Below, one piece after another: positions 49,101-63,223 of a stretch of 64,000 nucleotides of DNA; the first letter of the stretch is position 1, and each line of letters begins with the position of its first letter. Origin of the DNA: Pocillopora damicornis (taxonomy: Eukaryota); NCBI RefSeq assembly GCF_003704095.1, contig NW_020846357.1:682001-746000 (forward strand), given 5' to 3'. The notes beneath the pieces are model-generated. The model was not told the origin of the DNA. It was given only the letters and a program-made list of their open reading frames with translations, and did no database searches. A program made the position numbers and the translations under genes.

Positions 49101-52100
49101 CCCATGAAACATGCATTTCATTTATTTATCCAGGTGATAATGACCAATATTTCAATCTCCGAAACCACCATGAAACTATTATCAAGTAAACATGAAAACT
49201 GATGATTTGAAGTCAAGTTCTACTTTGAGCCAAGCTAAATAAGCCGTGGTTTGTTATTTGGAAATTCTCCCATGAGGGAGGGAGAACTATTTTAAGTAAA
49301 GTGATTATCTAATAAACAGTAAGTGCTTACGCTTACAAATAATTGCCCATACTTTCCTGACAATTTGAAAAAGAGGGTAATTTAGTATTATCAACTGAGT
49401 TCATAACGTACATTGGCCACCGTAAAGAGTTTAAAATCTGACGTTTCGAGCGTTAGCCCTTCGTCAGAGCCCTTCATATCGCCCTTATTACGAAAAGTAG
49501 TAAAGTTTCTACTTAATAGTTTCAAGACTGACACAAGATTTAAGGACTTTCTCCGTCAATTATCATTACCTTAAAAGTAATTTTGAAACTGGATCAATAC
49601 AGCTGCTCTTGTTATTTTTTGTCTTCGTTTCAACCCAGCAACCGTTGTCACAGGTGCACACGGACCGAAGGTGCTAACGATATTTGCATCGCGTCCATTT
49701 AGATATGAAAAACGAAAAAAATTACTTTAAAAATATAGAGATGTAGTCTCTGTTATCCGTCTGGCTTAACTGTAAAAGCCATGGGTAACACAATTTTATA
49801 ATAAACCCTCCTTCGGCCCTGCTTTGCTAGTCTCGCTCCGCTGGTCATTATCATGCGCCAAATATTTTCCCGTGTCAGGTCTTCAGCTTAGCCAATGAGT
49901 ACATATTGTTTTATTTGCTTTTCACTATTTCCCCAGCTTTATTGTTCTCGTAAGTCATACCACATTTCTTGAAGCCCGTATATTTGGTCCGTCCAAGTTC
50001 TGTTCGTCTCATCTCTAATTGCAACATATACTTACACTAAATTTAGCCCTCTTACTAGTTTCCTATTAAAAAAATATATATATATATCATTTTAATTTCT
50101 CAGTGGCACCTAAATAGAGAGTTTCTGAAACATATGATATTCTGAATATATCTTGAGTTGAGAAGTATTACCGACACTCCGAAGCACTTTTAAAAAGTTA
50201 CTCTAAAATCTTGTGTAAGATTTATATGTATACTTCTAATCTTTGTAAAGGGCTCCGAGGATCCATGAGAGACCAATTTTGAACTTTTAGTCGCTCAAAA
50301 TAGTGAACTCGTTTGAATTAAGGGCAATGATTTCAACCGTTTTATGTACATACTCAGGGTAAATTCAGTCAATGTCACAAAAAAACGAAGATATTTTTAC
50401 TTGCAAGAATCTCCTACTTTATGAGACAATGCTGTGTTATTCGTGATACCTAAAAGATGAGTTTTATCAAAAATATCCTCCTTTTTTATCAGGTGGGATC
50501 ATTGGCTATCATTGTGGCTGTGTATCTGAGTTTGACAGTTAACACTGCGAATGATTCGCGAAGTGGGGCAGAATTAGATTAAGAATTTAATTTATTACCC
50601 AATATTATTCCTCATCTCCCCTTCCCTAACAAAATCAATGCCTATATTCTGACAAGTGTCTGGAGAGGAGAACGAGATGCTTGATCTATGTTTCAAATCT
50701 ATGTTTGCTTGATCTGCGTTTCGAAACGCAGTCAGCAAAGCGGAACATATTTGCCGAGATGATGGAATCTAAAGCTATGATAAAATCATTCAATGGAAAA
50801 TGGTATTTGGTGCACGTAATGAATTCTTAGTTCATTGTAGACAAGTTTGAGCGTTTTTGTTTTCTTTTTCTTACTTTGCCAGTCACTTGGATAACAATTT
50901 ATAAAGATTTTAAACAGAAGGTGTAGTTATAGCTTTTTTTTTTTCGGTTAGGATCCACCTCAGCGGCGTTCAATTTCCCGTATGACGCACGGCTCATATG
51001 AAGAGGCACACTGTAAATAAGACATGCAAAAAGACACATATGCTTGGGAACCAGTCTCCTGAGACATTCAATTCACAGGACGCAATCTTAGAGGAGTTTT
51101 CCACGCGGAGTTTCAGCCTCAATCATCAAATGTGATCCCTGGGTGCTATTATATACTTTCCTTAACGTGATTTTACGACTAAAAGTAAAAATAGGGTCAA
51201 TATTAGGTGATATTGTCAAACAGAGGAGCAGAAACAATCGTATCATGCTCAAGTTTTATCGGTCACAAACACCACTCCGAATTTTATATAGCTACTGTAA
51301 CCACCGGCATATAACTCAATTTTCGAAAAAAAAAATTGAAAAGAAATCACATGTGGAGTCTTGAGAACAGTTTGAGAACAGTTTTTGGTTGCTTCATCCA
51401 ACGCACACCCACGTAAATTCACTTACACTGAAAACGGAGAATACTCTGAATCCTTAAAAATAGTTTAGCTGTAATAGTATGGATGTCATACCTACTGACT
51501 CAGACTTCTGTTTGATCGGCTTACTTTGGCATTGCTCAGCTACTAGGCTGGAAGAAGAAAAATTCCAGTCTGATTGGAAAACGGTAAAAGAACAACTAAT
51601 CCCTGATTAAGATAACTACTAATGAACAACCGAACCACTAACACAAAAACGAACTTTCAAATTCACACTGAAATTTATATCGGTTGAAAATTACAAGCGA
51701 TCGGTTGTATTCATCAAAAATCCGTACAATAAATTGCGCGAGGATGGGAAAATCCGGTTTTTAACAGACAACGCAACGTCGTGTAAGTGAGCATGAGATA
51801 ACGCACGTTGACATTGTCAGTAATGGCCGCGTCACGTATCACGCGCACGTATTATTTCTTCATACGTGCCTGACTGAAAACCGAAACGTATTGACCTGTT
51901 GACACCCATAAAGATTCAGAATGCAAATTCCTCCTATAAACTCTATACAAGGTCAATAAAAAGGAGTTGGGAATATAGAGATAGATCAACAAGGTCGATC
52001 CGTCTAGAAATCAAGGTCAATATGGAGGACTTGCGATCGGATCTTAAGAGCGAGCGAGTTAAAAACTCCCTGCATTTTCAGTGTGTTTCATTTGAGTTTG

Positions 52101-52135
52101 AAGAATCGAAGAAGAGATATTGCCACTTATCCGCA

Positions 52136-55100
52136 ATGGCAGTTTTAGTGAAAATATGTTGCTGCGGATGCAGTCTACGAATCGGTGGTTTACTTATTGG
52201 AATCTTCGGCTTGGTGAGTTAAGATAATTAGCCATAAATTACCAAACACTATTTTGCCATAATATTACAGACAGCCCAGTCATAATACTCTTTAAAAGTG
52301 AATCGAGCGGTCATTTCCTAATATAGCTACACCGCTGGTGAAGATTGAATTATTTCTGTTTTTGGGTCATAACACAACTCAGAGTTAATAAGGAGTTGCA
52401 GAGCAGTGTTTATCGATTAAGTAACAAATTTCAAGACAAACGAAAATCGTCAAACTTCATAGGTAAAAAAATAAGGGAAAATAGGAATAAAAAATTCTGG
52501 TCTGAGCCACCAGCAGATTCTGACTTTAAAAAATAGAATTAAAAATGAAAACTAAAACTGACGAAAATCAAAAAACCGAAAGCCACAATGCTGACGCCAC
52601 TTAAATAAAAGTAAATGGATAAAAAAAATGCCACAGGGATCTTTGAATAACTTGAACACGCACTTTCCACTTCTACTCATTTTGATAAAATNNNNNNNNN
52701 NNNNNNNNNNNNNNNNNNNNNNNNNNNNNNNNNNNNNNNNNNNNNNNNNNNNNNNNNNNNNNNNNNNNNNNNNNNNNNNNNNNNNNNNNNNATGCAATGT
52801 GTCATTGCTAATATCCGTTGGCACGGTAAGTAAAGAAAAATCGAGGCGGCGTAAGGTTTTGTACTATGAAGTGCATTTTAGTTGTGCGTTCTGGCATAAT
52901 CTTCAACTGTGGTCTGTAAAATTTCTTAGACACGGCTGACTTCATCGAATGTGGGCACAGTTTTAAACACATTTGCGAGGTTTTTTCCGAATTGATCCCA
53001 GAGGCTCGATAAATGTGAAGCAGGAGCTGAAATATTTACCAGTATCAGTTGTTATCATATACTCAATCTAACTAAAGGCTATCCTTGAGAATTTTCATTG
53101 TCATTTTATGCATTCTCTCCCCCCCCCAAGTAAATTTTCGCCCGGCACTCCGTCAAATGTCTCCAATAATTTTTTCATTATTAGCCTAATTTGTGCACAC
53201 ACAGCGTGCATATTTACCGGGTTCATATCTTTGTTATTTGTCCGGCAAGATCCTGATATGTCCTTATCGTTGTTGTTGTAATTGTTTCAGTATGACAGCA
53301 AAATTTGTTCCCCTTGTTGCAGAAAAACATTTATTTGGCTGTGGTCTGGCTGGTGTGGAACATTCTTGATTTTGCATGCTCTGTTGTAGTGACAAGTTTC
53401 CTGTTGTCCGTCTCCGACGTGGTGAGTACAAATGGCAAAACGGAACAGTTCATTATCTTCACATCAAATACTTGAGGTGTCTAGCGTGGAGTTCAATGAC
53501 ATTATCACACGACTCGGAGTACAATTTTTGACAATAATGACACAGTAACTTCATATTTATACAAAAAAGACAAACAACTATGAAAAATAGCTAAGATTGG
53601 CAAAAAACTGTACATAAAAAGCATGCATGTTTAAACTCTTCCAGCCCGACGTCTTGTATGTTTAGTATTAACGCGTTAGATTCCTCTTCCTAATTTGCAA
53701 AATCTTACTTTTCCTAGTAAAGTAGGTTTCATAGAACTCGAGAACAGATTGCACCTTTTTTTTGGATAAGTTCAAATATTTTCAGACATCGAACTTTTTT
53801 CTCTCTCTTAAGTTCAGCTGTTGATAGTCTGTCAGCATTAAATTCATATTGTCTTGAACCAAGAGATTATATCTTTCCTTCACAAATATGAATTTTTTTT
53901 GCGGCCAGTTTCAATCACACATGTGAAACTATCCTAAACTAAACTGTCGGTCAATTCATATTATAACAAAGTGAACTAACAATATTTCTTTGTTTATCGC
54001 ATCACAGTTTATATATGCAGATATTTTGATAATCCTGTGGTGGTTGCTTACGGTAAGTTATTTTTTTTTTCATTGTATTTATCACTGATCACGGGCGTGC
54101 GTATGCAGAAATAGTAATAACTGTTACTTTTTAATGCCTATTTTTCGATAAGTTTTGCTAAGGACCCTGAATCACTAAATTAATCCCTCTTCCTGTGCTA
54201 GGAACATGTTGTCTTTTTTCCTTGGTGTATAAGTTTTATACCCTATGTTCAAGAACCGCAAAACTCTTTCACTGCTAGTTTCAATCATGATACTGAAAAG
54301 TAGAAACTAGCCTATAATAAACGTCATGATTGACATATAAAACGAACAAAATCACCTTAATCCTCCAATTGAAAAATTAATTTATCAAATAACTATAATA
54401 TACAATAGCTGCAACGAGTAAACATGGACCAATCATTATTATGTTTAATTTTCATCATTTACTTTCATTTTCTATTTCGTTCATTTATTTCATCTCGTAT
54501 TTCAGATCTATTTCATGATTGTGGTTCATTCGTACATAGAGGCCCTCCGTGAAGATCCATCAGGGGCAAGCGCCGGTTTTCCTAGAGCACACGTTTACCA
54601 GTTTGAAATGGTAACCAGATTTACGTCAAGATCTTACTGAACACAGATTTCCGTTTATGACCTTATGGAGTACAAAGCTTGTGCATCAAATTTATTGATT
54701 CTTCTTTAGATCAATAATTAATCTGTGTTTAATATTTTGCCTCGATCCACAGGTTGGTTTACGATATGCTCGCCCATGCGCACTACCACCAAACACAGCT
54801 GTGACGTCACATATTGGTGAAGGATACCCTCCCGCATGCGCAGTACCGGACAAGAATACCATGACGCCACAGGCTGGCTATGTTTATCCTCCTCCATATC
54901 CAGCTGTGACGTCATATACTGACGTAGGATACCCTCCTCATCATCCAATGGCTGGTAAGATTACCCTGTCGTCATACGACGACACTGGATATCTTCCTTC
55001 ACATACAGCACATGGCAGAACTACCATGACGTCACAAGATGGCTCAGGGCATCCTTCTACTTACACAGCTCCTGGCACGACCGCTGTGATGTCTCAGAAT

Positions 55101-55163
55101 GGGAATTCTTCTCAACACACAGTACCTGCCAAGGCTATGGTGACGTACGTAGGCTCTGAGTGA
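52136..55163 (+). CDS. LAPTM4-like four-transmembrane protein, paralog 2 (exon 2 and part of exon 3 in the assembly gap)
   Basis: Exons 52136-52213, [gap], <52792-52825, 53323-53421, 54008-54052, 54506-54610, 54753-55163; same exon sizes as paralog 1 and no visible disabling mutation. Confidence 0.8.
52692..52791. other. Assembly gap (100 N)
   Basis: Flanks match copy 1 at ~41928 and ~43494, so about 1.55 kb including exon 2 is probably missing. Confidence 0.95.
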
Positions 55164-56705
55164 TGTCATGATAAGCTGTGAATGACGCAAGAGCTCACCG
55201 GTCATTGACAAGCCTGAAAAACGACTGGGCATGATAAACATTCTAAACCAGTTAATTTATGTAAATGTAAAAGTGGCCCCAGAATAATTCTAAGTAATTT
55301 CTTAAGTTTGCAGTATTTTTTTTTTCACGTTATCATTCCCTGGTATGGTTATAAATCATATTTCAAGATTTTTGCATGTAACACATTATAAGATAATGTT
55401 AACCTTTGCGCCGATTGGCGCGCTAATAGGTAGTTATTAGGCAGTATTCACCAGCAAGCGAAACTAAATGGCCTTGGTGTACAAGTTTGGCTTAAAAAGC
55501 GTTTTTTTTTTCCGAAATGAAGCCTTTTTGCATCCTTAAGTTAATAGGAGGTATTTCGGGACACTTTGAACGTTGATTTATCATAATAGGTCTAGAATTC
55601 CAGTTGATCAAGATCACTGTAAATTTTAAAAAAAGCATAAATCTAAGTAAATATGCTATTGATATACCATGGTTCTCCTTCATCTTTTCATTGGAATCTT
55701 TTGTTCCTTTCTGGTCGCTTGGAACCCTCGTAGACCCGCTAACTCAAGTCTCCTTGAACGTTGGCAGCTAGTGCCATGCCCCTGGCCATTAGTTCGGACA
55801 GTTGTCAATTTGTTGTGACGGGGACTTAATGGCATGAGTGGGGTACGCATATCTTGGACAACTTGCGAAGAACACTCGGCTGAGCCATTTAATTTGTCCT
55901 GCATCTCTTGAAATTCCTCAGGATGAATAATTCTGAGTCATATCTTAAGATTGCAGTATTATATACTGCACTATATCTCCCAAAGAATTCAATATTTTGA
56001 TCTATCTTTCTCACACACTTGTCAACTCAATGAACTTAGCATTTGTGCCAAATTTGAGCATTATCACCCTGGCCTGGTTTTCTCATGGACACGCTTTAGA
56101 AGCAAACCGTTCTAGAAGCGATTATCAATTAGCCTACAAGACAGGTCTACTTTGTCTATTTATTAAATTTCGCATTTTATTTTTTGCGCATTCGCAAGGC
56201 GGGGCGCGAAGTACTCAAGCGGAGATTTGCACCAACTGTACGAAATAATACAGCTGAATTCGTCAAGCCCTAAAAATTTCGATAATAGTTTCACCATGCC
56301 ACCTTCCCTCATTACCACCAGTGTTAGAAATTCTCATAGCCCTTTAATTTTGTCCAATCGCTTTGACGTTAAACGCCTTTAAACTCTTTACGGTGGTCAA
56401 TTCACCTTATCAACTCAGTTGATAACAATAAATTTACCTTTAATATATCCTGAAAGTGCTTATATGGAATTGTGAAATACTAAATTACAATTTACTTTCT
56501 CTTTTCAAAAAATCAAAACTAGTCTAACGAAGACTGAGGAATTCTCATTTGATAAAAGTTACTTTTAAATACTTCAACAGTTGGCTTATAGTATCAGGGG
56601 CAGTCGAGGCAACCAAAAGCTAATTTTTCACTCTTCGTCATTCTTCTGAGTTCTTGTAACGAACTGTTGTACAATAAATATCGACGCAACCGTGGAATTT
56701 TCGGA

Positions 56706-56821
56706 AAAATTTCCGCACAGCCCCATACTTAAATATGCATGCACACCTTAATGGTGATACAGTGAATAATAAAGCCTCAGATATGGAAGCACAATGAAGT
56801 ATGGGGCTGTGCGGAAATTTT
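56706..56821. repeat. 25-bp perfect inverted repeat with 66-bp spacer (small MITE-like element)
   Basis: aaaatttccgcacagccccatactt (56706-56730) / aagtatggggctgtgcggaaatttt (56797-56821). Confidence 0.8.
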
Positions 56822-57285
56822 GCCCAATTTCCTGCCTATTTCTCTAAATGGCATTAATTAAGATACCCATGGAAATAAAATCAAACGCGTTCGAATCTGC
56901 ACGTTTCTACTCCGAACAGCCATCGATATTCAATTGTACACCCACGGCGGCACGTGCACGATGTTTTCGTTGAAACGTGCGTGACCGCATGTTAAAAACG
57001 TGAGTCATTTTCTTAACCTTTGACTTCAAGAAAAAAAGGAATAAAAGATATCAGCTCACTTACTCATAGACAATGGCCATAGAAACAGACCGTCTAGGTC
57101 AATACTGCCTCGATAGAAAACAAATTCTCATAACTTCCGGCCGAAGAAATGTGCGAAGTTCAGAAAGGTGAATTAGGAGTCGGATCTTTGAAGTGGAGAA
57201 GTGGAAAAGTATTAAAGTATTCAGACGCAACGTTTGCAACTCAGATGAGTTTGACGTTCGGAAGAGTTACTTCGATTTATCAACT

Positions 57286-60200
57286 ATGGGAAAGTTTCTA
57301 TGCGGCAACGTTTTACGAATAATCGCTCTGCATATTGCACTCTGTGGCTTGGTAAGTTCTCATGCCCAGATCAATATTTTAATGTCTCAGTTCTTTTTTC
57401 AGCCTCAAAAAAAACACTCCCAAACTTTAAAGCCGCCAGGTTTTAAAAACCGCATGCGAAACTTTTTAAGTTCTTCATTTCCAGTCATGTTAATCTTCTC
57501 GATTTTTGTCCACCGTTTTCTTTTCTTTGCTTTACTTATTATGGACTCTTTTGTGTTTTCCTAACATAGAATATTTGACAAATTTTCAAGTCATCCAGCC
57601 ATTAATTTCCTCTCATACCAACTTTTAGCTACTTGCTAATTAAAACGTTGCTTTATCAGTTTCTTGCGTTAATGTATAGGTTCTTAATCACTCCGTTCTC
57701 TCTTGTGAGTGATTGATTCAGCTATAAATGCGGACGAACTTAAGTTGATATTCATCCTTTGGATTTCAAATTCGATTACTGGTAGTCATCTATCGAGCTC
57801 GGGTGTCGTCTACGGCGATGTTAGTTCGTTTAACAGTCCTAATGGAAACTTTGCATGTCACGCATGTCACGCATGACCTCTTCGGAGTCTGTAAACAACA
57901 TATAATTTATAGGGTGCACTTATTCATTTCCATTCAAAGAGCTAGAAAATATAGACTAAGGACACCAGGAGTTCTTAAGAATTATTTGAATTTGGATTTA
58001 CACGCTCTGCAACTAACAACATCCCCAATCTGCAAAAGTTTTCGTCAAATTGTACTTTGCATTTTCATTATTCTTGTCATCCAAGACAAAAACGTCCTTA
58101 TTCCAGCGAAATACGATCACTTGAGCCCTAAATTTGTGTATAAGGTTGAAAATTAAAAAGAAACCAGAGACGCAGAGGCGATTAATAGATAACGATAACA
58201 TATTTCGCTTCTAAGAGAGATCGAGCAGTTAACAACTGACGTGAACCGGAAGTAACATACGTAGTGTTTACAAATTTACGTTCTCAAACTCACGTCCCCT
58301 TTCAGTTGAGAGATAACGCCATTTCATTCTGGATGTTTCGTTCGTCTTGTGGCTGCAACCAGCGTTGAAACATGACGGCGAAAGCAACGATAATTTAGCG
58401 AAAATCTAAAGATTTAATGGACAGAACAAAAGCGTTTCGTGCGTGCTTGCGTGTGTTATCAAATTTATACATTTCCAAACAGAGATGCAGATAGAAGGAT
58501 GGATTAAAGGTATTATTGCAAAAAACAATCCTTCAAGATTGGGTTGCTGTAATTTGTACAAACTGTAGTAATTTGCAACATGTCATCTATACCCGTTTTT
58601 CAATTTCAGGGAGTGTCAATGTTTTCAATTTACTATCAAATTCAATTTGTTAAATGGCTTAAGCCTCTCGAAGAGATCTACACCAGGGACTTTCCATTCA
58701 CCAGAGACTCATTTGAAGGTAATTTGATTTAATTTTTCCTCTTCCTCGAATTTATGGGGGACATTTTGGAATTACACATATTGACCTCATTTTCGTTCCA
58801 AAACAGGATTTAACAACGGGAACCAAACCGTTCTCTGGTGATCTTTAATTTGGTTCAATGTTATGTTCAACAAGATTATGATCTAATACGATACACGACT
58901 GAATTTACCGGTGTCAATTTTCATTGAGCCCTCAACAAACTCTAAAAATACCTAAAAATTGCACGGAGACTGCTAGCCCACATGTTAAAGTTATTCTAAA
59001 TATTATTTAAACTTTTGAAATCAGTTTCTGGCTATATTTTCTGACTAGTGTTCAAATGATTTGGGGAATAGTTTGAATTGCAATAAGTAAGTGCGAGTAC
59101 ATATACATTTTTCAAAGCATAATCAATTTGCTCGCCCAACGTACACAGGAACTTGAAATTAGTCAAGCTCTTTTAAAGTCTAATTGTGTTTTAGTATCCA
59201 TACTCCAAAATCCACTCGAAATTTATTACCAATATACTTCAAAAAAATCACTTGTGCATTTTCCGATCACTAAGGCAATCTTTTTGTTATTATTGTTTGG
59301 TTTTTTTTTTTCTTCTTTACTAACTACAAGCTTATATTTTTCTTTCGTCCACTTAAATAGAGTATTATAAATTGAGCCGAGCCTATATCGCTTTTAAAGC
59401 AATTACCTTGTTGGTCAACTTGTTGCTGCTGGTATCTATTGCCTTGGTAAGCTCAACATGGAAATTTTTATGCATTAAATTCTGATGGATTAACGTTATA
59501 TTTAAGTAATTAGGTAAGTTTGTCCAGTTTTTCCAGAGTACCTCTTACACTATTTTTCACTCAAAATTTACAGCTTGCTTCTGTTACCTTCTTTTCACAG
59601 AAGAACCAATATTTGGCAATAACCTGGCTTGCTTGGGGCATTATCGATGTTCTTTTCATGTTAGCACTGTTGTTTTACTGCATCTCTGAATGGAAACTGG
59701 TGAGTAAAGATTAATGTTCACCTAATACGATGCCTGTCATATCTAAAGAACAACTGCTAAAGAATCTCTGAAACATGTCATTTTTTTTTCTACTTTTCCT
59801 AATATCAGCAACACCGTTACTTGGTTGGGATACTCGCCTGGTGCGTCATAAAGGTACATTTAGTCGTTACTTTATTCACCTGCCGAGTTTATCTTACAAT
59901 TCGTTGGGTAAAGGATGCGAGATATTTCATAATTCAGCAATCGATTTAACTGGAAATCAAATGTGTCAAAACATCTCTCCCAAAGTGCCTCCATCAACCC
60001 AGGAAAATATTCTGCATAGTAACTGCAAACTATCAGCAAATTGAAAAAACTACCAGGAGGTAACCTTTAGATAAATGGACTAGCATTTCATCCTGAGGAA
60101 GTGGCAATATTTCTCGTGGCTTCATGGGAAAATGGAACGACCTTAGATAAGGTACAACATGAACTCATTCCTAAAGCTGGTGAAGAGTCTAAGATATCGT

Positions 60201-61023
60201 ACCCACACTGTATCAAGATTTCTCTACAATTTGCAGGAAATGAGACTCAACTAACCATTGCTGGTTCTTTTTCTCTTAAGATTTTCTTCATCTTCGTGAT
60301 GTGTGCATATATTGCGTTCCTTCGTAAAGAACTCTTAGCTCAGGATATGGAAATACGAACTGTTACTTGTGCTGATATCCATGGCAATCAAACTCAAACG
60401 GTAACTACATCTTTATCTTGATTTTTTCACTACCAAAGTACAATTTTTAATCAGCGAATATAGATTTTAGACAGTGTAAGTGAGCCGTGATAACATCTGC
60501 CTGATCGGTCGATAGACTTGATAAAAGTATTGATGAAAACTATTTTGCACTGGAAATCTGTTTTTGGTAAATATTACCAAAATAGGATCACACCAGGAAA
60601 ATTTATACCAAACTGTTGCTTAAATAATGTCTGTACGTTATGACACGGCTCGCTTTCGTTGTTAACAATAGCGTCGTTCTATTTGTTAGCTGCCGCTTCA
60701 GAAAGATGCGGACTAAGCACAGGAGTTATTACTGATCATTCTCGTTTTATTCATCTGGTTGGCTTTTTTTTTATCGATTCATTCATTTATCCGTTTCATT
60801 TTCTAATTCACAGGTTGACATGGGACATCTTTTCCAATACGCGGCTCCGTGCCAGGCCTCTGTGACGTCAAAGTCTGACGTAGGATACCCTCCCTTACAA
60901 GCCGCACCGCACAATACTGTGACGTCTTATGATGGCTTATTGCTACCTGAAACGATGCAAGTTGACGAAAGAAATCTTTCTGCATCAGCGGTACCGGACA
61001 AAACTACTGTGACGTTACTTTAA
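57286..61023 (+). CDS. LAPTM4-like four-transmembrane protein, divergent paralog 3, 7 exons, ~244 aa
   Basis: Exons 57286-57351, 58610-58718, 59361-59446, 59601-59699, 59809-59853, 60281-60400, 60814-61023 (735 nt). Exons 3-5 are 86/99/45 nt exactly as in paralog 1; KNQYLAITWLAW matches KNINLAVVWLVW; QTQT end of exon 6 and VTS..DVGYPP tail are shared. Confidence 0.8.
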
Positions 61024-63223
61024 GGCGTAGAATATCCACTTCGAGACGTCGTAAGATGGGAGTAGCACCCGTCAAGGTTTCTGTGACGTCTGCCGGTCTT
61101 GCATGACGTCACGGCTAGCAAGCATAACTAACTTAAGAATTTGCTGATTACCGCTGGTGATGTTTTATTTTGCCTGAACAAAATAGATAGGGCAAGCTAC
61201 TCTTTTGAGTTATTCATTTTACCTCTAAACGTAGCGTTAGGAATAACTTATTGCACACCTTTTCCATAAGAGCTGGAAGGCTTCAACAAGATACGGTAGC
61301 AAATTAAGGAAACGATGGATGTTAATAACAATAACACAAGCGTCCAAAGGGTTGGCGCAAATGAAAGACTCGTGTACGTTATACTGGGAGACTTAGGTGT
61401 CTGTGGCTAGGTAGGACTATGAAGATAAATAATCCTAAATTATGTTACCAAATGGTTATGTATTGTTACTAAATTAAAGGCGGCTGGATAGGAAACCCGA
61501 TCGACTTCTTTGATATTATGGAGCTGACTATGCAAACCGTCCAAATATCTCAATAAATCTCTAAGAACTGATCTCTGATGCAAATTCCTTTACTTTATCC
61601 AATCACATTATGTGAACACAGGAGCACAGTCGGGGAGCTCTTAGCCTAAACGGCACCATCACTCTTTTCGTTTTTGATTTTTACTACTTTCCTTTGCAGC
61701 AACCTTCGGTAACCATAAATATTTTATTTTGAAATAGTCACTTATGAAAGATTTTCATGTAATCCTTGGAATTAAGGCTTTCTTTAAAAATGATGATTAT
61801 GAGTTACTGAGTAAATTTTCCCCGCTTACTATCCCTATCGCTAAAGCAAGAATGTCGGGATTAATGCAAGCGCGAAGTACGAGCTAATCCATAAAGATGT
61901 TATATATATGGCTGTGAGGTCTTCCGCGCATAATTTTATCAGACGCGTTTTGCAATCCACGCTGTCTTATGTTGTACGCAGACTCGTGACTTAAAACGTC
62001 GCATACATCTTCCTGATAGGACTATTTATCTTGTGAAAACATTTTCATTTAGCCTCTGTCCTGTTTCCCTTGAGAATCGTGCTTGACATCAGGTTAAAAT
62101 GGTCAAAATAAACACCCATTTTTTAACAAAAACTTCTCGTCAGGGTTTCTCGCACGAGACGAGCATGTTTGCACTGCCACATATCAACCAGTTATTTCAA
62201 CACAAACACAGAGATGTTTATGAACGCTTCACGCCCTGACATTAGTGTACATCCTCTCCATTCTGTTCTCTATATATTTCCAAACATGCTGACAAGGAGA
62301 ATTTGTTTAACCTGCAAGCAAGAACTTTTGTAATTTGTGATCATTTCTCTTATCCTCGTGACCTTTAAGTGTGACCCAGGGGTGATATTGTAAGAAGAAA
62401 GTCGTTGCTAGCCACTGTTTGGGTCAAAGGATCGAGCAGGACTTTCTGGAAGCGAATATCAATAAGCCTACAAAACAGTTTTTTTAAGGCGATATGCGAG
62501 GTGAGGCGCGAAATGCGAGCCACGAGCAAGAGCAGAAATCGCCTTCCACTAGTCTCGCATCCACTCTCCTGGAAAAAAAAACGCAGAGAAATTACGCTTA
62601 TTCTGCAAGATAGTATAGTTACTCAATGGATCAGCAGGTTGAAGGATCGCTGATTAACTGTTGCCTAAAGGTTTGCTTGTTTTTTATTGGACGAGAGTTG
62701 CTCAACCGTCGAGAGCCCGATTAACATGTCATGGACCATGCTCCCCCGGAAAATTTTCAAATTTTGATCTAAGGGCAGAAAAAATACAGGGCATAGAGGA
62801 ATACAAGGAAGGGTACACCTAATACCCTTTCCTTCGGGCTTCAGAATACACGCGGAAAACTTTATCACTGAAGAGCTGATGAAAACAAATTGGACGTCGT
62901 TTGTTTGTTGACTGTTCAGAGGAAGTAAATTAATCAGTTTTCAACGCATCCGTTAATTCTGTTTTCCGAGCTCACCATGCGCGTTTCCATGTTTGCATGT
63001 TCAATTGTAACCCTGTATTCAAAAATATGATGAAACAGGATACAAACAGATTAAACGTGTTCTCCGCTCCAATTGGCCGCCATATGTTTTGATTGACAGA
63101 TGTTTTTCAGACATTTCATCGTTCAAGGATTACAGCGCCCAGACAAAGAGCAAATAGCAATTAGTGTCCTGACTTTCCCGTTTCTTTACTTTACGTTTAA
63201 AAAGCAACAAGTGGGCTCGAGCT

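Larger units (their letters stand above)
47706..55909 (+). repeat. Segmental tandem duplication, copy 2
   Basis: Colinear with 36221-46930; contains an N gap. Confidence 0.95.
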
